Shown here piece after piece: positions 1 through 12,488 of a DNA stretch of 64,000 bases. The stretch's first letter is position 1; every line of letters starts with the position of its first letter. The DNA is from Eledone cirrhosa (taxonomy: Eukaryota): positions 44,950,001 through 45,014,000 of the forward strand of contig OZ024750.1 of assembly GCA_964016885.1 (NCBI GenBank). The letters run 5' to 3'. A model generated the notes under the pieces. That model saw only the letters and a list, made by a program, of their open reading frames with translations. It did no database searches and was not told where the DNA came from. The position numbers and the translations under genes were made by a program.

Positions 1-234
1 TATGCTGAATTAAAAGCATTTTGAAGACCGTATGCTATTGTTTTAGAGTAGTGACAGAGTCACTTACTTTAATTTCAGCAAACAGGGGGAGATAAAGCTA
101 ACAAAGCCTTGTTTCTGCATTTATTGATGCTTATCAGCTTTATCTCCCCCTGTTTACTGAAATTAAAGTAAGTGAGTCTGTCACTACTCTAAAGCAATAG
201 CATACGGTCTTCAAAATGCTTTTAATTAAGCATA
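1..234. repeat. Long fold-back inverted repeat (about 99-bp arms, about 37-bp loop); may extend beyond window start
   Basis: 1-99 (TATGCTGAATTAAAAGCATTTTGAAGACCG...GGGGGAGATAAAGCT) is the near-perfect reverse complement of 137-234. Confidence 0.9.
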
Positions 235-306
235 AAGTGTATTGCAAAATACACTATATATACATTCGTGTATATGTATGGATGTATGTATTTATGTACG
301 TATGTT

Positions 307-383
<77 letters not shown>

Positions 384-452
384 TCTTCCAAAAGTAACGG
401 CTGCATTTTGAAAGGGTATGTCAATATTTATTTATAAAACTGGTATATATTG

Positions 453-517
453 TATTTTGTCTGATGAAAGCATACCATAATTTAACATGGTATCCTTGAA
501 ATATGTACAATAAAATA
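453..517 (+). ncRNA. Minimal type-I hammerhead ribozyme motif (family A; U16.1 appears mutated to C)
   Basis: TATTTTGT-CTGATGA-stem II (AAG..TACCAT/ATGGTA..CTT)-GAAA-TATGTA-CA-ATAAAATA, in a ~180-bp cassette between (TA)n tracts; homologous to 4837, 35659 and 59253. Confidence 0.7.
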
Positions 518-585
518 GGTATGGTTTTATAAATATAGTTTCCATTTGTTAATATCGTATATATATATCTATATATATATATATA

Positions 586-2622
586 CGTGGGAAAGTAAGA
601 AATCGGATATTAGACCGTTAAATATTTTTATTTAAAACACCACCTACGTACGTTTCGCCCAGTTGGGCTTCTCAAGGGCATAAATAATCAAAAGTGTTCC
701 TTACATTGCTCGGAAAGAGTTTTGGGGGTTAAATCCACGTCAAGGTTCATTGCTCGCAAAAATAGCTTGTTTTGATTTTGCAGCAGGGCAAGGGAAGTAA
801 CTATGGCCGGTGTTAGGGCAGTCTTTCCCGGACAAATTGTTTTATCCGCTACGAGATGAGGTTACAACCTTACCATTGTCGATACGCATGTAATCAACAC
901 TTATTTTGAGAGTTTTTTTTCCGCAATTGTTTGTCTGAGTCGTTTGAGTCTGGGTCTGGTATGCAAGGATAGTTTCCTGTGTGTTATTTTGCAGGGCTGT
1001 TAAGAGTTTTTGCAGGGAGATCCGGTACACGGTTTCACTCCTCATCCTTAACCCATCTGAAGAAGGATATTTTCAAGCGATGTGTTCAATTTATCGCTGT
1101 TTCAGCTCTGCTGCTGATGAGCTCGTGGGGTGCAGTTATGATGTGGTAGAGCTTCATGAGGCAAAGATCGCATTTCCTCTTGAAGTTGTACGGTGCAGCA
1201 CTGCCGACAATATCCCAGTGCGTGGAGAAGCTGATGTTTAAGTCCTTTAGTGGTATGATGTAGTCCGCGAGCGAAGTGGAGTATCTTAGTTTTTTATTTG
1301 TGAAAGAGCGGAGATGTGTTCGAAACCTAATTTTGAACGGGCCGGAGGTAGCCCCTATATAAAGTTTAACGCTATTGTGGCTAGTTATAGTGCATCTATA
1401 TATAACCGTATCAGTCAAGCAGTATCCTCTAAGGGGGCAGCGTCCTCTGTCGCGGCAGTTGCAATTTCTGTCGTGGTTCCGTCTATTTCCCACGGTAAGG
1501 CTATCATTGTTAGCCACGCTACCGCAGCTGTCGTTAGCACCATTACAACCCACAGCACGCGGGGTGGTGCGATTGTTATTCCGCACGTCATGTACTGCAT
1601 GTTCCCCAGTCATTTCGCGGTTATGCTGGTTGCATCTGCGGATGCCGTTGCCAACACTATTGGATGCTGCCAGGGAGTTAAGGCCGATATAGTTATTGTC
1701 TGGTGTAGGTGCGTATGAGTCGAGGTGCTGTGTCTTGGTGATCTTACTGTGGTTCGTTGTTCCTATGATGTCTGCTAGGTTAGGACTAGTAGAGAAGGAT
1801 ATTTTTATATTGTTCCTATTAAGAATTTTTCTATGTCTATGGGTGGGCGGGAAGTTCTTCTCTAAGGCTTCGAAGAACATCCGGGGTATGTTGGAGGCCA
1901 CACTCCGAGAGTAGGGGGAGGGGAACCATAGGACGTTACGGTGGGGATTACGTGTCCTTGTACGTTTGCTACGGGTGGTTCCATCTAGGTGACCGCTCTT
2001 ATGTGTGTTAATGCGCAGTCGCCCGTTCGGTACCCCTTTCACTTTATGCTCGGGTGCACTCTTCATACCTCTTCCATGTTTATGTACAAGAAGATCTTGG
2101 TTGGAAGGCGTTGGTAGTATGCCGTCGCCTTTGTTGGTTTTGTAATAGGGGAATAGTTCGAGTAATCCAGTGGCCACCGTCGCCGGGGTCGTGATCTTTA
2201 GTGCGGTTATCTATTCTATTATATCCGACTTCAACGAGGTCGCTGCGTGATCGGTTATAGGTATGGCTTACTATAACGTTCGTTTTATGAGGGGGGGGGG
2301 TTCTAGACCTAGCGTTAGAGATGTAGGAAATTCCTCGGTTAAAGCCGGCGCTTATCAAGGCCCTATTTTAGTAATCTGCCGCTTGGTTGAAGATATCCTC
2401 ATTGGCGGATAGTCTCGAGATTCCACGTGAGCTACTATAGATTATGGAGTTGAGAGTCTGTTTAGGGTGATTGGAGGCATAATTAATATAAGAGAGGCAC
2501 TCTCCAGGCTTATGGTATGGCCTGTATAAGCCCGTACTCAAGTCCAGGGTCACGTCCAGGAACTTGACAACCTTGTGGTTGAGGTCCATAGTTACGGATA
2601 GGCCGTATGACTTGAAGAACCT
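586..2622 (-). mobile_element. 5'-truncated, decayed Penelope-like retroelement (Neptune-type RT C-terminus/thumb + GIY-YIG endonuclease)
   Basis: ORFs 2368-2589 (FLDVTLDL, YINYASNHP, ISRLSANEDIF) and 1086-2177 (RNVLWFPSPYS, CNCR..CPLRGYC, VIYRC..LYIGAT..FKIRFRTH..SF, CDLCL); stop and frameshift between them; HHR-like motif at the 3' end. Confidence 0.9.
643..678 (-). ncRNA. Variant hammerhead-like motif in the 3' end (pLTR) of the Penelope-like element
   Basis: Minus strand: CC-CTTGAGAA-GCCC AACT GGGC-GAAA-CGTACG-TA-GG; non-canonical first core box, palindromic stem III. Confidence 0.5.
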
Positions 2623-2663
2623 GTGTATATATTTGTTAAGGTTCTCTATCCTACGGGGGCTAA

Positions 2664-3252
2664 CACTGACGAAGGACTATTTTTATCATATATAACCCAT
2701 GTGCAACCACGCAGTATTCTTTCTTCTCGTGTTTTGTATATATATTTGCCTCAGCTGCGTTTGTCTGTTTCGCTCTTACTGCTTCCCGCTCTCTCTGTTT
2801 CTTTCACCTTATTTCGCCCCCTCTGTCAGTTACACTTTCTCTCGACTGGCCTCTTCCTCGCACTTCCACGCACTCACTCTCTGTTTCTCCCCTTCTCACT
2901 TCCTCCCGTTTGACCTGTAGTGGGTTCTCTTCTTGCCCACATCTCACTCACGTCGGACGGTCTGTATATCTTTCTCGCTCATGAAATCCACCCAGCTTAA
3001 GCTGACCGGATTCCCATGCTGCTTGTTTTTTCCTATCTTTGCGTTGCTTTCCTTCCCTGTTGTTTACTTGTCTCGCTCGCTTTACGCGATTTACTTGTCC
3101 CAATAGCTTTATTTAGCTATTGCTCGCACCAACCGGAGTTATATGATTTTTAAAGCGATGGAATACCAATGAAGGTTGGAAAATCACTGACGAAGGACTA
3201 TTTTTATCATATGTAACCCATGTGCAACCACGCAGTATTCTTTCTTCTCATG

Positions 3253-3255
<3 letters not shown>
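2664..3255 (+). mobile_element. Non-coding element with ~70-bp direct terminal repeats (pLTR-like)
   Basis: CACTGACGAAGGACTATTTTTATCATAT..AACCCATGTGCAACCACGCAGTATTCTTTCTTCTC at ~2664-2730 and ~3185-3250; related sequence at 34890-34980; ends in a (TA)n tract. Confidence 0.65.
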
Positions 3256-3326
<71 letters not shown>

Positions 3327-3364
3327 AGGAGGTTATAGTTCACTTGAAGCATTGTGTAATGAGG

Positions 3365-4534
3365 TATAAACGTTTGAATATGTATAATAAAGCCAAAACA
3401 ATGCAGGTATGGACATAGAAAAAAAATGCAATTGCAAAAAATATTGTTGACAATTCGTCTTTTACCTTAGATTTATTTAAATGTCCTTAATTTTCGAGAT
3501 AATATCTCATCCACCACAAACCGTGCCAGAAAGAACAGAGGACACCACACCCGAGGCAGTAACACTTGCTTCCTGAAACTCCCACACTTCAGTGAAGAAA
3601 CAACAACAGCCATCCGCAGAGCCATCAGATGAGAGGTACTAGATATCCAACTGGCCCACTCAGGTCCTTCTCTACGCGGACAGCTAACCAAATGACACTC
3701 CACCAGACATGACAACTGCTGCAGACTAGCCAACTGCCCCATCAACGACACAGACATATGCCACCAGGCTTACGTCGTATACAGACTAGACCACTCCACA
3801 TAAGAATAAAAGAACACCTCAATACTAACGCTTCCTCATTTAAGAAACACCTAGTTAAATGCAAAAACACCGACAAAACCATAACAGTTAGGATAGAAAC
3901 TAAGGAAAGAAACCTCGGCAATCTTAGAATTAAGGAAGCACTAATTATAGATAAAACACAACCACCAATCAATAATAGACTAGAACTCAACACCCAATTT
4001 ATAACCTGATAGGGCTTCTAGCCCCATATTTACACACCCCACACACACGCTTACACCTCCACTTATTCTCTCTCACACACACACACACAAAACCAGTTCT
4101 AACACCAGATAACTCCTATACCCCACATTTACGAATAGAATTATCTTCTCACACTCACACACACACACATGCTTACACCTTCATGCATTCTCCCATACAC
4201 TTAAACAGGCATGTATATGAAAAAAAAACCCCAAAACAAACCCCTTTTAAAGGGAGACTACTCTTTATCCACCTAATTTTAACTCTTTGACATTAGAGAT
4301 AGAACAGATACTCTATACTATTTCCTGTCAGCATGGCTTGGCAAGCTAGTTAGAACGCTGGTTTGAGACCTTTATTTCCCTCTGAAGAAGAGATATTATC
4401 TCGAAAATTAAGGACGTTTAAATAAATCTAAGGTAAAAGACGAATTGTCAACAATATCTTTTGCAATTGCATTCTTTTTTCTATGTCCATACCTGCATTG
4501 GTTTGGCTTTATTATACATATTCAAACGTTTATA
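3365..4534 (+). mobile_element. Truncated Penelope-like element (GIY-YIG remnant) with ~145-bp inverted terminal pLTR copies
   Basis: 3365-3508 is the reverse complement of 4390-4534. Internal translation FLKLPHFSEE..IQLAHSGPSL..CRLANCPI..CHQAYVVYRL / TRPLHIRIKEHL..LRIKEALIIDKTQPPINNR; the YIG segment is deleted and there are in-frame stops. Confidence 0.85.
4378..4413 (+). ncRNA. Minimal hammerhead motif in 3' pLTR
   Basis: CCT-CTGAAGA-A-GAGAT ATT ATCTC-GAAA-AT-TA-AGG. Confidence 0.55.
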
Positions 4535-4547
4535 TATATATATATAT

Positions 4548-4718
4548 AACGAATGAGGTGTGGTAAGGAATCGGATGGACCATAACGCACCAGAGTACTC
4601 AATACTTAGGGTAGTAGAGTGGGTAATAAGAAAAAGTATAAACCCGACGGCAGAACTCAAGCCGTTCGACGGCTATTTCTGGACTAGAAATAGCCGTCGA
4701 GTTTAAACTTTTTCCTTT
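4548..4718. mobile_element. Short (TA)n-inserted repeat, family H (half-hammerhead fold-back)
   Basis: AACGAA..GTGTGGTAAGGAA..GATGGACCATAACGCACCAGAGTACTCAATACTTAGGGTAGTAGAG..GACGGCTATTTCTGGACTAGAAATAGCCGTC; 8 copies in the window. Confidence 0.8.
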
Positions 4719-4769
<51 letters not shown>

Positions 4770-4836
4770 TAAGCAAATAGTACTCTATTTAATTTAAATA
4801 GAACTAACAACATGTCATTATCTGTTAATCAACTTG

Positions 4837-4897
4837 TATTCCATCTGATGAGTGCGTACCAACAATTTGGTACCCTTGAAATATATATAATAAAATA
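4837..4897 (+). ncRNA. Minimal hammerhead motif (family A)
   Basis: TATTCCAT-CTGATGA-G..GTACCAA CAAT TTGGTAC..-GAAA-TATATA-TA-ATAAAATA. Confidence 0.7.
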
Positions 4898-4936
4898 AAT
4901 ATGATTTCATATATATATAGATAGATATATACATAC

Positions 4937-5011
<75 letters not shown>

Positions 5012-5118
5012 CATTTATATATATATATATACATATATATATATAGAGAGAGATATATATATATACATATCTATATATATAGATATATATATATACATAT
5101 ATATATAGATATATATAC

Positions 5119-5210
<92 letters not shown>

Positions 5211-5431
5211 TTCGTTTCTGAATTTGTTTAGCAAGATTCTTTATTTGAAAACACACATAGAACAAACAACCAACCAGTAACATGTAAATAAACAAATAAA
5301 TAAATGAACATAAACACACACAGACACCCGGATGTGGCGCATGCGCAGACTGAGCACACAACACACACACAGAAACAAAATGGCGTAGGACAGAACAAAG
5401 GAGAGGCACAGAAACAAAGAAAGGAATCCCC

Positions 5432-5476
5432 AGTCACTGAAGAGGTCACAGAGTGTGTGACGAAAGAACTATGACT
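5432..5476 (+). ncRNA. Minimal hammerhead motif
   Basis: AGTCA-CTGAAGA-G-GTCAC AGAGTGT GTGAC-GAAA-GAAC-TA-TGACT; stems I and II pair; within a non-coding cassette 5210-5632 ending ATGACCCTCCCAAAGTATAACAA(TA)n. Confidence 0.75.
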
Positions 5477-5932
5477 ATATATAAACAACTATCTGGTTGT
5501 GGAACCAACCAACCAACCAGAAATTTATAAATTTATAAATTTATAAATTTATAAATATATAATAAATTGAAGTGAAACAACTGGTGCGTGTGTTTCTTAT
5601 TGGCAACATGACCCTCCCAAAGTATAACAATATATATATATATATATATATATAATAGAGAAAGAGAGAGATATACCTACAACCTTGTTATACCCACAAA
5701 TCCTAATGGATATATTAAAGCAGTACATGTCCCTATGTCAGAATTTTCGTCTTCTTTTCTCTCTTCTTTTCTATATTTATTTCTTCCTCCTATCTTCTCA
5801 CGTCTCCTTCATTATATTTAATATTCCTTCCCGCCTGTAAAATTTGCCCTGTTCATTTCAACATTGAATTCAACGACACCTTCACTCCAAATAAGACCGA
5901 TTCTCTCTTTCTCTAGCTGCAATTTAGTCTGT

Positions 5933-5988
5933 CTTTAGATTATGTACACACACATAAACACACACACAAATACACACACACACACGTG

Positions 5989-6072
<84 letters not shown>

Positions 6073-6120
6073 CGTGTGTGTGTGTGTGTGTGTGTTTGTG
6101 GGTGTGTACATAATCTAAAG
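5933..6120. repeat. Palindrome centred on a (TA)n tract
   Basis: CTTTAGATTATGTACACAC.. / ..GTGTGTACATAATCTAAAG flank the TA run in inverted orientation. Confidence 0.75.
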
Positions 6121-6213
6121 ATTTATTTTTCCCACATCTTACGTTAACTATTTTTCCATGTTGACGCTATAGTCACTTATATATTAAGGAATACTCTATA
6201 TATATATGCTTAT

Positions 6214-6708
<495 letters not shown>

Positions 6709-7370
6709 TACATATATATATACGCATATACGACGTTGCGGGCCACCTCCCCACCTGCAGCACCTCCACCATCACTAACACTACACCATCATCACGTCTA
6801 ACATTATCAGCACAACCACCACCCCATTAGTTCCAATGCTAGATCTAACAACAGCCAGTATTGGCCAGTACATAACGCTGAACTCAGAAGAGGTCGCTGT
6901 AAGGCCTATTCACATTTATCTTAATTAACGCTGCTGACAAACATATGCAATTTATCTGGCTAATTTCTCAGTTGACACGAGTAATCAATCGCTCGCAGAA
7001 ACCGATCAGTGATTAGCAGTTGATTTCACGACTGATTGACTAAGAAGAAGAATAGAAGAGAGGTAGATGTAGAGACTATGGTGGTGGTCGTTTTCGGAGC
7101 TAATGATATCTCAGGAATCAATACTGGTTAAATGTTTGTGGCTATCATTCCAAATTAATGTGTTAGTTTCTTCCAGGGATGGGAGAAATAGCGAAGAGAA
7201 TGGAGGCGTATGGTGGTTTTATGGGGATGTTTTCAGTGTGTTTCTATGTGCGATGGTTTGAGTTGTATGCATATATATATGATGCATGTACACATAGACT
7301 ACACACAGGGATACAAACACGCACGCACTTACACACACATATATGTATATATATATATGTTTGTATATAT

Positions 7371-7458
<88 letters not shown>

Positions 7459-7814
7459 GTGTGTGTATGTATATATATATGTATATGTGTGTGTGTATGT
7501 ATATATATATATATGTTTGTGTGCTTGGGAGGATATTCATAGCCATAATAACAGGATAAAAGACATGGCGTTGGGGCAGAGGGTGACGAGGTTATGTGAG
7601 ATACAGGATTGTCTGAACAAGATTCTATAAACGGATGGAATCATTTGCAATCGAGACAAATCTGTTTGCTGTCTAGTTACCTATTATAGGCGACGCAGCA
7701 CCGGTAATGTATACATACACACATACATACATACATACATACACACACACATACACACATACATACATACACACATACATACATACATACACACATACAC
7801 ACATATATATATTT

Positions 7815-7847
<33 letters not shown>

Positions 7848-7924
7848 CACACACATATATATATATATATATACATATGAACATATAAATATGTACATAT
7901 ACATACATATATGCATATACATAC

Positions 7925-7981
<57 letters not shown>

Positions 7982-7995
7982 TGTCTATATATATA

Positions 7996-8058
<63 letters not shown>

Positions 8059-8140
8059 GGAGAGAGAGGAGGGGATAAAGAGAGAGGGGCGAGAAAGTGA
8101 AAGAGAGAGAGAGAGAGACAGAACAAAGATACATATACAG

Positions 8141-8241
<101 letters not shown>

Positions 8242-8654
8242 TGTGTGAGAGAGAGAGAGAAAGGGAGTGGAGAGAGAGAGAGAGAGAGGTAGTTAGATAA
8301 ATATGTAGGAGTAATTTGGTAGATAGGTCGTTAGGTAGATTTGTGTGATTTAACGAGATTTCAGTTTAACTTTAATTGCAGGAACAAGACAGTAAATTTC
8401 GATAGCTTGGAGGAGACGTTTAAGCTAGGAATGACAGCCAAGTATCATTAGTGAATATCAATTAAACTCTCATCTCTTTCTCTCTTTTCTTTCTATCATT
8501 GATGCTCTTTCCTTTTCTATTGTCTTTCTTCGCCTCTTTCTCTCTTCTTTCTTTTCTATTTACATAGATACGGACGCATTCTCATGCACACGTACATGAA
8601 CACACACACACATACACATACACACATAACGCTTCCAATGGTTCGGATCTACCT

Positions 8655-8785
8655 GTCGAAACGGCCGGAGCTCAGCCGTCGGGACCCTGAATCAGTTCCT
8701 ATTACCGACTCTACTACCCCAAGTATTGAGTACTTTGGTGAGTTATGGCCCACCTGATACCTGACCACACCATCTTAGTGTTTTA
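8655..8785 (+). mobile_element. Diverged family H copy (single arm)
   Basis: GTCGAAACGGCCGGAGCTCAGCCGTCGGG..CTCTACTACCCCAAGTATTGAGTACTTTGGTG. Confidence 0.7.
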
Positions 8786-8907
8786 TATATATCTCTCTCT
8801 CTATATATATATATGTAGGAGGTGAGTTTTATTGTAGTACAATAAAGCAATGCAGATATCGGATAAGAAGCACTCTACAGTTTGTAGGACTGGAGTATAC
8901 ATAATAT

Positions 8908-9230
8908 ATAAGAACAAAAGATGTTTAAAAGAGTTCCATGTATTTTATTATGCGCATTTCAAAAACAAATATCATCATGCAATAATATTTGTGTTTTCAT
9001 CAGATAAAACAGGAGGACATGATATGAAGGTTAAAAAGCACTTGTGGATAGTTCAGTTTTAAATCAATATATATGTTGATTTAAAACTGAACTATCCACA
9101 GGTGTTTTTTAACCTTCATATCATGTCCTCCTGTTTTATCTGATGAAAACACAAATATTATTGCATGATGATATTTGTTTTTGAAATGCGCATAATAAAA
9201 TATATGGAACTCTTTTAACCATCTTTTGTT

Positions 9231-9235
<5 letters not shown>
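8908..9235. mobile_element. ~330-bp near-perfect palindrome carrying two mirrored hammerhead motifs (8941-9011 minus, 9132-9202 plus)
   Basis: Arms of ~160 bp around 9071; HHR TGTTTTAT-CTGATGA-long stem II (AAACACAAATAT../..ATATTTGTTTT)-GAAA-TGCGCA-TA-ATAAAATA; single-arm homologue at 63187-63320. Confidence 0.85.
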
Positions 9236-9277
<42 letters not shown>

Positions 9278-9732
9278 ATAATTTGGGAGGGTCATGTTGC
9301 CAAAAATACGGCGATAGCTTATATTTATAATTTTATATATATATATATTTAGCTTGCGTGAAACATTGTTTGATAGGAAACATAAATTTAAATTTTGAAG
9401 ACCAAAACAATGCGTATGAAGAATGTTAAATAGCCAATACCACAAAAGACTCTTACCTTAGCAAATTTAACGATCCCAAATATTTTCGGGTTTAAAACCC
9501 TATTATCAAGGGAGTAACCCTATGAGGGACATAACAATTGATATATCTTCGTCTTATAGACTTCGACAATAACGCCAACATCATCAGCGATATTGTAGTT
9601 GCTGCCGATGTTATTCCTTGTCTAATCATTATCCCTATCTTATCTTTCCTTACCCTGACACATTCCATGTTATTCCATATAATCGCAATAATAGCAATAA
9701 TTCTGACCATCGCCAACATTATATTTATTTAA

Positions 9733-9950
9733 TGGCGGTGGTTTGGCAGTATCGGTAGAGGGTTGGACTCCATGGTTTACAGCATAAAATTAAGGCCCTA
9801 TTTTATCTGAGTTCAAAATTCGCCGAGGTTAACTTTGTCTTTAATACTTACAGGGTCGATAAAATAAAGTACCAGTCACACAGTGGGGTCGATTTAATAG
9901 ACTATCCCCTCCCCCAAAATTGTTGGCCTTTCGCCTATATGAGAAACCAT
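9733..9950 (+). mobile_element. tRNA-derived SINE (family S1, diverged copy)
   Basis: TGGCAGTATCGGT A-box-like, GAGTTCAAA B-box-like, GGGTCGATAAAATAAAGTACCAGT core. Confidence 0.8.
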
Positions 9951-9967
9951 TATATGTATTTAATATA

Positions 9968-10155
9968 TGGTGGTGGATTGGCAGTATCGGTAGAGGATCG
10001 GACACTATGCTTTCCAGCATAGTTACGTCCCTTTACGATCTGAGTTCAAATCCCGCCGAGGTTGACTTTGCCTTTCATCCTTACGGGGTCGATAAAATAA
10101 AAGTACCAGTAATGCACTGGTTAATTGCTGGCCTTGTGCCTAAAAGTAGAAACAA
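9968..10155 (+). mobile_element. tRNA-derived SINE (family S1; core resembles the MetaSINE/Nin-type conserved domain)
   Basis: GGATTGGCAGTATCGGTAGAG..GAGTTCAAATCCCGCCGAGGTTGACTTTGCCTTTCATCCTTACGGGGTCGATAAAATAAAAGTACCAG..GCTGGCCTTGTGCCTAAAAGTAGAAAC. Confidence 0.9.
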
Positions 10156-10439
10156 CTATGTATATTTAATATATAGAACCATTACAGTGCGGTAGAATCT
10201 TTGTTTGCAATAAAGTTCTGTATTTATTTTCTGAATTATTTGTCCTGTTCTGTTGATTAATTGATTATTGATATTTCGATCATGTGAACTGTTATCCAAA
10301 TTATGTCCTTCCTGTGTCTCTCTATCTTGTAAGTAGTTGTACTGTATTGTTTTCTACATGGTCATGATGATGATAAACCGATTTCTGATGAAGCCGTAGA
10401 AGGACCCCGAAACTTGTCAAGGCGATATCTTTTCTGACC

Positions 10440-10445
10440 AGAGAA

Positions 10446-10476
<31 letters not shown>

Positions 10477-10913
10477 AGGGGTGGGGGAATGTGAAACACA
10501 CTGAGAGAGGGAGACACACAGAGAGAAAGTACGTGTGTATGTGTGTGTGTGGCGGCGGAGAGAGAGGGGGAGAAATGGGGGATGATTTAAGTTTAGACGT
10601 TCAATTAGTAGATTGAGAGAGAGAGAGGGGAAGACAGAGAAAGAATATGTGTATGTGTGTGTGAGAGAGAGACAGAGAGAGAATGTGTGTGTGTGTGAGA
10701 GAGAGAAAGAGACAGAGAGAGAATGTGTGTGAGAGAGAGAGAAAGACAGAGAGAGAATGTGTGTATGTGTGTGTGAGAGAGAGATAGAGAGACAGAGAGA
10801 GAATGTGTGTATGTGTGTGTGAGAGAGAGAGAGAGCGAATGTGTGGATGTGTGTGTGTGAGAGTGAGAGAGAGAGAGACAGAGATAGAATGTGTGTATGT
10901 GTGTGTGTGTGTG

Positions 10914-10950
<37 letters not shown>

Positions 10951-11190
10951 GAGAGAATGTGTGTATGCGTGTGTGTGAGAGAGAGAGAGAGAGAGAAACA
11001 AATAGAAAACGTGTGTGTGTATGCGTGTGCGGGGAGGGGGATATTGAGAGAGAGAGAAAATATGTGTGTGTGAGAGAGAGAGAAAAAGAGGGAGTCAGAG
11101 AGAGAAAGTTTGAATTTATGTCTGTGGGGGAGAGTGAGAGAGAGAAAGAAGGAGACAGAGAGAGACAGAGACAGAGGGGGTGAGGAGGGG
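10440..11190. repeat. Compound (GA)n/(TG)n low-complexity tract with local tandem units
   Basis: Repeating GAGAGACAGAGAGAGAATGTGTGTATGTGTGTGT units. Confidence 0.85.
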
Positions 11191-11609
11191 GATAGAAGAC
11201 CCACTACAGCGTGGAACAGAATACGTTTTGGCCCCGAGGTTATAAATGTGTGTTTAATTAAAATACATTAACTTTTTCTTACATTTCTACTCATCCAAAA
11301 TGATCTGCAGTGAATATTTTAGGAATTATTTTTCTTGTCAATGATTGCCTTGTCATGCAAATGTTTGCTGGTCAATTTAGTTTTAGGCATCACTTTGTAT
11401 AATACAAATAGCCATTAACTACTATTAACTCACTTTTCAGGAAAATTAGCAATCGATCTCTGATGAATCTGTAAATTTGATTGATATTACAAAAATCATT
11501 CTTAATTTCAGCAAGGTATTGAGTTCAGAATTCCATCGATTAATGTATTAAGCCAACCTACAGATTCTTAGCTTGAGCATAACTTTAAATATTTTATACA
11601 GGGAGAGGT

Positions 11610-11690
<81 letters not shown>

Positions 11691-12055
11691 ATATCTATCT
11701 ATCTATCTCTCTCTCTATATATAAAAGAAAAAATAGAAATTGCTTTTGAAAACAGCTGGTGATATGCAAGTAAGTAAATATTCTCTTCATGTGATATTGT
11801 GTAACTAACCTTACATAGATCAATAACGGAGTATAGCTACAATGTATTATCATCACTTAGAAACGATCGTAAAGCAGTGAAGGATATCACTAATACTTAA
11901 TTTTTTATTTCATTGTTTTAACTTATATCATGACTCTGTTTTCCTTTTAATGTTTTACTGTTTTCCGGGATTTATCTTAACCTACAACATTCTCAACATA
12001 TGGCTTACATCGAGTTCTTCATGCAGAATAGATCCCACAACTTACTGTGGACACC

Positions 12056-12135
<80 letters not shown>

Positions 12136-12138
12136 TAT

Positions 12139-12246
12139 ACATGAAAGGCATGAATAGCGATGCACGTATACATGTGTTCGAATTGCAAATGGTCATTTTC
12201 AATTCGAACACATGTATACTTGTATCGGTGTTCATCCCTCTCATAT
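12139..12246. repeat. Fold-back hairpin (~50-bp arms) in a (TA)n-flanked cassette
   Basis: GTATACATGTGTTCGAATTG / CAATTCGAACACATGTATAC core, with imperfect extension. Confidence 0.8.
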
Positions 12247-12333
12247 ACTCAATTGTATTACACGGCTCGGAGAAATTCCCTTCCTTGAGATATTTAATTG
12301 TAAAAGACTATTTTCAGTTTCTAACTCAATATA

Positions 12334-12381
<48 letters not shown>

Positions 12382-12449
12382 AGTAGTAGAGCACTCAGTC
12401 CATGGTATGAGTTTGGTAGAAATAGTTTCACAACAGTTAGTTCACCATA

Positions 12450-12488
12450 CAGAGCACAATTGTTTCACCTTACGGATCTTCAGCTCTG
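12450..12488 (-). ncRNA. Minimal hammerhead motif (cleavage base H17=G, probably inactive) inside 22-bp inverted repeats 12429-12450 / 12517-12538
   Basis: Minus: CAGAG-CTGAAGA-TCC GTAA GGT-GAAA-CAATTG-TG-CTCTG. Confidence 0.65.

Noticed and set aside
3629-3700. In-frame TGA codons in the GIY-YIG remnant as possible selenocysteine
   Set aside because: They fall at non-Cys positions, consistent with CGA to TGA decay, and the copy also has a deletion; no SECIS recognised.
9968-10155. SINE heads as functional tRNA genes
   Set aside because: A/B-box-like motifs but no cloverleaf; continuous with a multi-copy SINE body.
10381-10422. CTGATGA...GAAA-CTTG-TC hammerhead-like string
   Set aside because: Stems I and II pair poorly; possibly a decayed HHR but not supportable. 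The same applies to weak candidates at ~35415-35455, 46149-46175 and 56704-56735.
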